IMG/VR virus record: IMGVR_UViG_3300042868_009047
Length of the DNA stretch: 64,000 nt
Origin: a virus
Taxonomy: Duplodnaviria; Caudoviricetes
Reading direction: 5' to 3' (one strand)
The notes under the pieces are model-generated. The model was not told the DNA's origin and did no database searches. It saw only the letters and a program-made list of their open reading frames with translations. Position numbers and translations under genes: made by a program. Shown piece after piece: positions 57,949 through 64,000 of the stretch. Each line of letters begins with the position of its first letter. Position 1 is the stretch's first letter.

Positions 57949-58455
57949 TTATTGTGCTTGTACTTGTGTTTGTGCTTGTAACTGTAAATTGTACCCAAGG
58001 TATTCTGTATCTAACTCCCTTGTTGGGGTACATAAACATTTTTGAATACGTGTAATCAATTCATAGATGTGTTGACGAACATCAACTGTGTATCTAACCT
58101 TTACAGGATAAATTGTCGCATCCCACTCTCTGTAGGCAATTACATTACCATCGTGTTTAACCACAATTCTCATCATGTCTTTAGAGGTATTTTGTTCGTA
58201 GCCTGGTGTTTCCAAAAAATATCTTTGGTGTTCAGTCATGAAGTCTAATGCTCTGTCTTTTAGGACACTTTTAATTAACTCAACGTTTTCGTCAACTGCA
58301 TATTTAAAGTTCATTGAGTTTATCGCTTTGTTATTAAAACCGATAATGTTAAAGAATCTTTGTACGATAATGTTGTCGTTTAGATAAAGTGTAAATTCAA
58401 ATTTACGTTGTTCTCTTTTTTCTTCCATGTTATTTGTTTTTTGTATTGTATGCAT
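57949..58455 (-). CDS. Hypothetical protein (168 aa)
   Basis: Tiling ORF in the replication operon. Confidence 0.75.
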   Translation of the reverse strand: MHTIQKTNNMEEKREQRKFEFTLYLNDNIIVQRFFNIIGFNNKAINSMNFKYAVDENVELIKSVLKDRALDFMTEHQRYFLETPGYEQNTSKDMMRIVVKHDGNVIAYREWDATIYPVKVRYTVDVRQHIYELITRIQKCLCTPTRELDTEYLGYNLQLQAQTQVQAQ

Positions 58456-59485
58456 TTTCTTCTTTTTTTATAATAGTAATAAAAGAACTCCAGAAAACAA
58501 AGAATGAGTCATCATTTCTTGGTAAAAAGTTTAATAATTCATCTTCTTTCATCATTTCCATGATTTTTTTAATACCGCCACGTCCTTCAGGTGATAAAGT
58601 TTCGTTAACCATTTCACTAATAGCTTCCTTTAACTCTTCAGTAACATATGGTTCTTTGAGGTTGATTATTTTATTCATTACCGAAAAATAATCAGTTCCG
58701 TATGTACCCCATTTAGTTTCACCGTTAATAATCGTGTTTAACGTTTTATCATTCGGTTTTTCAATTAATAGTTCTTTTGTTCTATCAATAACCCAATCCT
58801 GGTTAACGGTTTGTTTTTTTATTTCTGGAAAATATTTTAATACTGTTTTTTCAGCAATATTTTGTAAACCAGATATATTATCACTTGTATCCCCAGCAAT
58901 CATTTTAATGATACCAACATTTGAATAATGGTAATCAAAATAGGTGTCAAAATTATCCATATTGATCATAACCTTAGCACCTTTTATTGTCAAACACACT
59001 TTTGTATTTTCATCCAATAATTGTAGTAAATCACGATCATTTGTGTAAACAATCTTACTCTCATTAACTGAGTTCATTGAATAGTATGCTATACCGTCAT
59101 CAGCTTCACATCCATCAATTTCAACCTGTCTAATTGATAATTCCTCTAGGTATTGTTTGATTCGGATTCTTTGTCGGTCCAAATCGTGTTTTTCATCAAT
59201 CGTTACTTTATTATCACGGTTTTGCTTGTAGTATGGGTAGTAACCTTGTCTATATTCTTTAGAACCTTTACCTTCCCAAAACACAACAACTTTTGTAACT
59301 GCGTAATCTTGATAGAACCTCTTAATGGTATTAATAAAATGGAATATGGTACCAACGCTACCTTCTTTTCCTTGAAGTTGCTTGGTACCATGAAACCCTT
59401 GTTTTAGTAAATATTCACCATCTATAAGTAATGAGTTAATAGTAGTATTAACTTTATTACGCCTTATGGGTTTATTAATCTTCAT
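58430..59485 (-). CDS. 5'-3' exonuclease (PolA N-terminal/T4 RNase H-like)
   Basis: LLIDG, YKQNR, EADDGIA, TNDRDLLQL and AGDTSDNISG. Confidence 0.92.
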   Translation of the reverse strand: MKINKPIRRNKVNTTINSLLIDGEYLLKQGFHGTKQLQGKEGSVGTIFHFINTIKRFYQDYAVTKVVVFWEGKGSKEYRQGYYPYYKQNRDNKVTIDEKHDLDRQRIRIKQYLEELSIRQVEIDGCEADDGIAYYSMNSVNESKIVYTNDRDLLQLLDENTKVCLTIKGAKVMINMDNFDTYFDYHYSNVGIIKMIAGDTSDNISGLQNIAEKTVLKYFPEIKKQTVNQDWVIDRTKELLIEKPNDKTLNTIINGETKWGTYGTDYFSVMNKIINLKEPYVTEELKEAISEMVNETLSPEGRGGIKKIMEMMKEDELLNFLPRNDDSFFVFWSSFITIIKKEENAYNTKNK

Positions 59486-60491
59486 CGGAATAAGAGATTT
59501 TTTGGTTAACCTCGTATTCCTCTAACTCAAAGTTAGCATCATCTATTTTACTAGCCCAGTACTCAAAAGTTTCTTTTTTGTACAAGTCTAACGCTACTTT
59601 ATTATCACGTTTGTCATCTGTGATGAATCCGTGTGGTGTAACAATAATTTTTGAGTCAGCGTAACCAAGACCATTGATATGGTTTTTGTCTACAGTAACT
59701 TTGGTTCTTGTTGCAAAGTTAATTTTTCTACCTTTACTTGTTGCATCAATTTTGTTGATACCACCATCAGCTTCATTACCAAAACGGAAAACTAATGTAG
59801 CTGCCTGGTAAATAGCCTCACCACCTTTTGGTTTCATCTTAGGTTGACCCATTGGTGAATCTGGAAGTCTTACCCATGGTAAGTTACATACAACAAAACC
59901 GTTTAAGTATGGTGATGTTTCTTTACGGCTGTTATTGATTCTTTGGTTAATACCCATATTAATCTTTTCAGCCAACGCACCTGCGGTATGTTGTTTACCA
60001 CCTTTACCTTCCCATGTCATTTTACATGGTACTGAACCAACTGAATCCCAGAAGAAACAAACATCATAAGGTAAATCACCTTTTGCTTGCATGTCTAAAA
60101 CCTCATTGATGTAATCTGTAACTTGTTCAATGTAATTGAAATCGTCACGGTAAAGGAAAAATCCATCCCATTCACCAGTCTCTTCGTTTCTTGAACAATC
60201 CAAACCCATAAGTTGGCAGTGTTCAAAACTCCATTTCTTTTCAGTTACCAAATAAACTGGTAAGATACCCTTTCTTTGGGCATCAACTGACGCTGCAATT
60301 AATGCACTTGTTTTACCAGTGTTGGTATGACCAAGTAACATGTTAATGTGACCCATACACGGACCTGGAACGCCAGATGCCTCTAAAAAGGCTTCACCAC
60401 AACTCAGAAATAAGTCTGATTTGTATTTAGTTGTCGTACTCATTTTCTTTTTGAGATCATCAAAAGAAAATTCTTTTTTCTTTACTGCCAT
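59475..60491 (-). CDS. recA: RecA/UvsX-like recombinase
   Basis: Walker A GHTNTGKT, Walker B FFWDSVGS and KPKGGEAIYQAATLVFR. Confidence 0.88.
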   Translation of the reverse strand: MAVKKKEFSFDDLKKKMSTTTKYKSDLFLSCGEAFLEASGVPGPCMGHINMLLGHTNTGKTSALIAASVDAQRKGILPVYLVTEKKWSFEHCQLMGLDCSRNEETGEWDGFFLYRDDFNYIEQVTDYINEVLDMQAKGDLPYDVCFFWDSVGSVPCKMTWEGKGGKQHTAGALAEKINMGINQRINNSRKETSPYLNGFVVCNLPWVRLPDSPMGQPKMKPKGGEAIYQAATLVFRFGNEADGGINKIDATSKGRKINFATRTKVTVDKNHINGLGYADSKIIVTPHGFITDDKRDNKVALDLYKKETFEYWASKIDDANFELEEYEVNQKISYSDED

Positions 60492-60507
60492 ATAATATTT
60501 AATGTTT

Positions 60508-60562
60508 AAAAAAAAACATGGACAAGTACTTGGACATAATGTCCATGTTAATGTCCATGTTT
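60508..60562 (-). terminator. Terminator-like hairpin with duplicated 5' arm between ssb and recA
   Basis: AAACATGGACA/TGTCCATGTTT 11-bp stem plus a 9-T run; tandem 12-bp repeat aatgtccatgtt. Confidence 0.7.
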
Positions 60563-60575
60563 ATAAGTTTTATTT

Positions 60576-61526
60576 TTAGAATGGTAAATCGTCAATCTTT
60601 AACTGACCCGCTGGTGCGCTTTCTTCTTCTTCTTCAACACCACCATCAATATCAGTATCTTCTTCAGACATAGCAACTGGTGCTGGTGTCTCATACTTAG
60701 CTTTAGGTGTTGGTGCTGAAGTTCCTGTGTAGGTACTAACACCATCTTCAACTTTAGCGATAAAGCATTTTTGCTCAGCATCCCACATTGGTTCACTACC
60801 TTCCGCAACAATGTTTAAATATTCAACAGATTTTTTCTTGAAGACATCAGTCCATGCCATTGGATTGCTTAACCACTCAACTGATTGGTTTTCGTCCTCA
60901 GACAATTTAGACTCTCTATCAGGGATGATAGATGCAACTTTAGTAAAACCAACTTTGCTGTCTTTTGATTTATCTCTAAGCATAGAGATTGTAATGTCGA
61001 AACCTTCGAATGGGTTCCAGAATGCACCGTATTTTTTAACAAGTGGTGCAATTTTGTCCATAATACCTGAACCGTCTTGTACTGCTGGGAATCTCCAGAA
61101 TTTTACACCTTCATGCTCTTTACCACGTTCGATAACACGAACAATAAAGAACTGGCGTGATTTGTAGTTGATGGCCAATTTCTTGTCTTCTTTGTCCGCA
61201 CTCTTCATTAAGAATTTGTACATCTCATTCAAAGGAGATTCGTCACCATCTTGTGATGGATCATAAAGTTTTGTCCATCTCTTACCAATTTTTAGGTTGT
61301 GGAAATAACCAACTTTGTACCATTTGGTAGGATCGTCTTGGTTAGGAAGAATCCTAACTGATTTTTCACCACTTTGTGCACCCTCATCAAGTGCAATTGT
61401 GAAATACTTTGTTAAGTCGACAGAACTAGATTGGGTAGTCTGTGTTGTTTTCGACTTTGCTTTTTCATAGTCGGCCAGAGTGTCTGTTGCGGCCTTGGAC
61501 CAATCGATTTTTTTGTAGTCAATCAT
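60576..61526 (-). CDS. Single-stranded DNA-binding protein (T4 gp32-like); start revised to ATG 61526
   Basis: SVRILP, VIERGKEHEGVKFWRF, GFDITI and acidic tail ending DDLPF; adjacent to recA. Confidence 0.8.
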   Translation of the reverse strand: MIDYKKIDWSKAATDTLADYEKAKSKTTQTTQSSSVDLTKYFTIALDEGAQSGEKSVRILPNQDDPTKWYKVGYFHNLKIGKRWTKLYDPSQDGDESPLNEMYKFLMKSADKEDKKLAINYKSRQFFIVRVIERGKEHEGVKFWRFPAVQDGSGIMDKIAPLVKKYGAFWNPFEGFDITISMLRDKSKDSKVGFTKVASIIPDRESKLSEDENQSVEWLSNPMAWTDVFKKKSVEYLNIVAEGSEPMWDAEQKCFIAKVEDGVSTYTGTSAPTPKAKYETPAPVAMSEEDTDIDGGVEEEEESAPAGQLKIDDLPF

Positions 61527-61547
61527 AAATATATAAATTTTATGGTA

Positions 61548-61579
61548 CAATATTAAGAACAAAAAACCCAAAAAACAAA
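61548..61579 (-). promoter_or_regulatory. Variant Bacteroidota-type promoter TTTG-N20-TAATATTG for ssb
   Basis: TTTG at 61579-61576 and TAATATTG at 61555-61548. Confidence 0.6.
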
Positions 61580-61604
61580 CTTCTGGGGAAATATTTTTAA
61601 AATA

Positions 61605-61910
61605 TTAGAAAATTGACTTGTACTTTTTGATACCAAACACTAATAAACCTCTGTAAACACTAGTAGTTTCATTCAGACTTGCGTTTACCGCTGTAACCTC
61701 TAAAGACTGTAATGGTATTTCAATCATACCCATCATTGAGAACGTTATGTCATCAACACCGTTAATTGTTGCAACTATTGTATCGTTTGTATTACCTAAT
61801 GTTATAAAACCGTAATATTCTATTGTATAGTCAGCTGTATTTACAAAACCAATTGCTGGATCACCGACAGTTAGTTTTTGTGTAATTAATTCTTGTTGTA
61901 TATTATTCAT
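61605..61910 (-). CDS. Hypothetical protein (101 aa)
   Basis: Tiling ORF with beta-rich composition. Confidence 0.75.
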   Translation of the reverse strand: MNNIQQELITQKLTVGDPAIGFVNTADYTIEYYGFITLGNTNDTIVATINGVDDITFSMMGMIEIPLQSLEVTAVNASLNETTSVYRGLLVFGIKKYKSIF

Positions 61911-61911
61911 A

Positions 61912-62673
61912 TTAATAATTGCTTACAGGTTTTTCGTTATTATTAGAATTATAGAAACTATTTTTAATGTCCATTTCATTATAATTGTTCATAAGGTTGT
62001 CCATCATAGATAATTTATCTGGTCTATTTTCAAGATCAGTTTGTGTTTTTGCTGAGTTTCCACCCATATACTCATCTTGTGTAACACTAAAAGGGTAAGA
62101 ATCTTTAGCCAAAGCTTTTCTTCTTTCCTCTTCGGTTGGTGGTCTCATCAACTCAACTTGTTTTGTTAAAGCGTTCATTTGTTGGATAACTGAGTCCATT
62201 TTTTGTAAACCCTGTTCAACACCACTAACTTTATTAATTATAGCCTCAATTTTAGAACTAGAATCAACAATTTTTTGCATGATACTATCTGTTTTGCCAG
62301 CTAATTCCTTGCTTGTATTAACTAAATCAGTCACATCAATTTCGGTGTCACCTTCAGCTGCGGCATCTGGAATCATCTCACCACCTTCTGGGGTAACAGG
62401 AGCTGCTTCCATACCTGGTTCAATACCCATTTCAGCATCTGGAACAGCTGTATCAACACCAACGTCTGTAGCAGGTGCCTCTACACCTAACTCAGCATCT
62501 GGAACAGCGGTATCAACACCAGCATCTGTAGCTGGATCTTCTTCAGTTGGGGCATCGCCCTCAGCTTCATAGAATTTATAATGATGACCTTCACCCAATT
62601 TTTCTTGGTAAGCCATAATGCTATTAAATCTTTTTACCTCTTCGGATAATACTTTATCTAAATTTTTGTTCAT
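61912..62673 (-). CDS. Acidic hypothetical protein (253 aa), putative head-associated
   Basis: Leader LSEEVKRFNSIM, acidic Pro/Ala repeat region, then coiled coil. Confidence 0.8.
   Translation of the reverse strand: MNKNLDKVLSEEVKRFNSIMAYQEKLGEGHHYKFYEAEGDAPTEEDPATDAGVDTAVPDAELGVEAPATDVGVDTAVPDAEMGIEPGMEAAPVTPEGGEMIPDAAAEGDTEIDVTDLVNTSKELAGKTDSIMQKIVDSSSKIEAIINKVSGVEQGLQKMDSVIQQMNALTKQVELMRPPTEEERRKALAKDSYPFSVTQDEYMGGNSAKTQTDLENRPDKLSMMDNLMNNYNEMDIKNSFYNSNNNEKPVSNY
62432..62535. repeat. 60-bp tandem duplication (about 1.7 copies)
   Basis: tcagcatctggaacagc at 62432 and 62492; encodes PATD(A/V)GVDTAVPDAE(L/M)G twice. Confidence 0.85.
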
Positions 62674-62897
62674 CTTAAATATGTTTTACGACTGTGACTT
62701 ATTGGTGATTCTTCTCTTAGTAATTCTCTACCATCTTCCATCATTAATTTCTTCTCAATCAATGTTCTTTCAATTAAACCGTCTTTTGTTTTTACATAAC
62801 AAACACCAGTTTTAATATCACAAACTTCTTCACCGATTTGTGCCTCTTCAATTTTTTTACCTAAAAATTGGTCTAATTTACTATTAAAATTGCTCAT
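62670..62897 (-). CDS. Hypothetical protein (75 aa)
   Basis: ORF with CDIKTGVC motif; 4-nt overlap with the next gene. Confidence 0.75.
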   Translation of the reverse strand: MSNFNSKLDQFLGKKIEEAQIGEEVCDIKTGVCYVKTKDGLIERTLIEKKLMMEDGRELLREESPISHSRKTYLR

Positions 62898-62911
62898 ACG
62901 CTTTTATTTAC

Positions 62912-62919
62912 TATAAATA
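62912..62919 (-). promoter_or_regulatory. Putative late-promoter motif TATTTATA
   Basis: GATATTTATA, intergenic, 15 nt upstream of ATG 62897. Confidence 0.55.
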
Positions 62920-62974
62920 TCTGATATTTTAATAAAAGTTGGTATTACACCAAACTTATTCTAATTACCTTATT

Positions 62975-64000
62975 TTACCATTTTAACTTATCACTTGAGT
63001 TATTCATTTGTTTAAGATAATCAACCGCTGTTTCGCTTCTTACCCATACTTCAAATTGTTCAGCTTTAGCACCAATATGATAATTTTTAAACTGTTCACT
63101 CAGGTTGTCACCTTTTTTATCATTACATCCAGCACAAACCTCAACAATATTAGCAAAAAGAAATGCTGCTAAATAAGCGTTTAATTCTTCTGGTTTTAAA
63201 TTTGCAACTTTATCACCCTCTTTACCTCTCTTTGTAACTTTTGCACCTGACGTATCAATAGTTGACAATTTATTTTTATACGCATCACGGAATCTATCTG
63301 TATTGTTTTTCCAAGCACCTTCAGTCATATAAATCATCTGTGCAGCTACGGTTAATCCGATAATTTTAAAAGCTTCTTCAGTATCTTTTATTCCACCACC
63401 AATATATTTTGCGTTCCATTGTATTAAACCTAAAGATGCAAAACCATTTTCATCTTTTGGGTTTGTGGAATATGGGTTAAATGTACCACCAGTTTCTTTA
63501 TGTATATTACCTAAAACAGCTGCTACCTCAATTTTAGAAAAACCTTTACCCTTTAGGTAATTTTTAATTTCAATTTTATTAGCCTCAGTTTCAGCAGGTG
63601 TTACTGTTTTTACATCAGGGGATGCACTGTTAAAACTTAAATAAGATTCTGGGTCTTCATCACCATCTTTATTAATTGCAAAATAAGAATCCTTATTAGT
63701 CGCAACAACTTTACGAATTTCAAGATGTAAGTGAGGACCAGTACTTTTACCTATATTACCACTTTTAGCTATAATATCACCAGCACTAACAGTGGCACCA
63801 GCGCTTGTATTAATTGATGAAACGTGGCCATATAACGTTGATATACCTTTATCTTGGTGTGAAATTATAACTACCTGTCCATAACCAGTTGAGTCACCGA
63901 CATATACCACTTTACCAGGTAAAACTGAGAACACTGGAGTACCAACTGGTGTGGATAAATCAATACCTCTATGGAAATCTGGTTCACCATTAAGAACCCT
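62975..64000 (-). CDS. M23 peptidase plus phage tail lysozyme-like protein, 5'-partial (frame open to the window edge)
   Basis: Upstream of the ORF-track start the frame reads RVLNGEPDFHRGIDLSTPVGTPV (HxxxD). Also present: YGH, STGPHLHLEIR (HxH), and a second domain AAVLGNIHKETGG...LGLIQWN. Confidence 0.88.
   Translation of the reverse strand, partial: RVLNGEPDFHRGIDLSTPVGTPVFSVLPGKVVYVGDSTGYGQVVIISHQDKGISTLYGHVSSINTSAGATVSAGDIIAKSGNIGKSTGPHLHLEIRKVVATNKDSYFAINKDGDEDPESYLSFNSASPDVKTVTPAETEANKIEIKNYLKGKGFSKIEVAAVLGNIHKETGGTFNPYSTNPKDENGFASLGLIQWNAKYIGGGIKDTEEAFKIIGLTVAAQMIYMTEGAWKNNTDRFRDAYKNKLSTIDTSGAKVTKRGKEGDKVANLKPEELNAYLAAFLFANIVEVCAGCNDKKGDNLSEQFKNYHIGAKAEQFEVWVRSETAVDYLKQMNNSSDKLKW

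Noticed and set aside
53071-60491. Inteins or introns in nrdA, nrdB, helicase or recA (common insertion sites)
   Set aside because: Protein lengths and motif spacing are normal, with no C/S...HN intein ends or LAGLIDADG/HNH inserts seen.
61527-61571. ORF-track upstream extension of ssb (and GTG 27973 for primase)
   Set aside because: Both extensions overlap predicted promoter elements; the downstream ATGs (61526 and 27964) fit better.
1-64000. Stop-codon reassignment as seen in some jumbo phages
   Set aside because: Standard-code ORFs tile the window with full-length conserved proteins, and TAA, TGA (10782) and TAG (22688) all serve as gene ends.

Overview
This window is a gene-dense, AT-rich fragment of a large (jumbo-type) contractile-tailed dsDNA phage. 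Almost every gene is on the minus strand; the exceptions are two genes at 9458-10569. The host is inferred to be Bacteroidota, from TTTG-N19/20-TAnnTTTG promoters, A-rich starts without Shine-Dalgarno sites, and Bacteroidota-like ClpP and sigma-70. Left to right it contains: two Gly-X-Y Ser/Thr-repeat fibre genes; clpP; a DUF2828/TROVE-like vWA gene followed by a 172-nt structured RNA candidate and a terminator; small hypotheticals and a SAM methyltransferase; acidic putative head-internal proteins; a lysis-like module with an ArdC-like gene inside it; sigma-70; SbcCD, a PD-(D/E)XK nuclease, primase and a RuvC-like resolvase; a ~24-kb tail/baseplate block; nrdAB; helicase, 5'-3' exonuclease, RecA and SSB; and a partial M23 peptidase/tail lysozyme. 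The best candidate for an undescribed system is the self-contained promoter - DUF2828 (Ro60-like) gene - structured RNA - terminator unit at 7011-8679. Other notable signals are a putative late-promoter motif (TATTTAT) that in two places lies inside start-codon-abutting hairpins, an SbcD C-terminal domain apparently relocated onto SbcC, and a possibly virion-packaged ArdC. No tRNA, CRISPR array, intein or alternative genetic code was seen. All family assignments are by eye from motifs; no searches were run.
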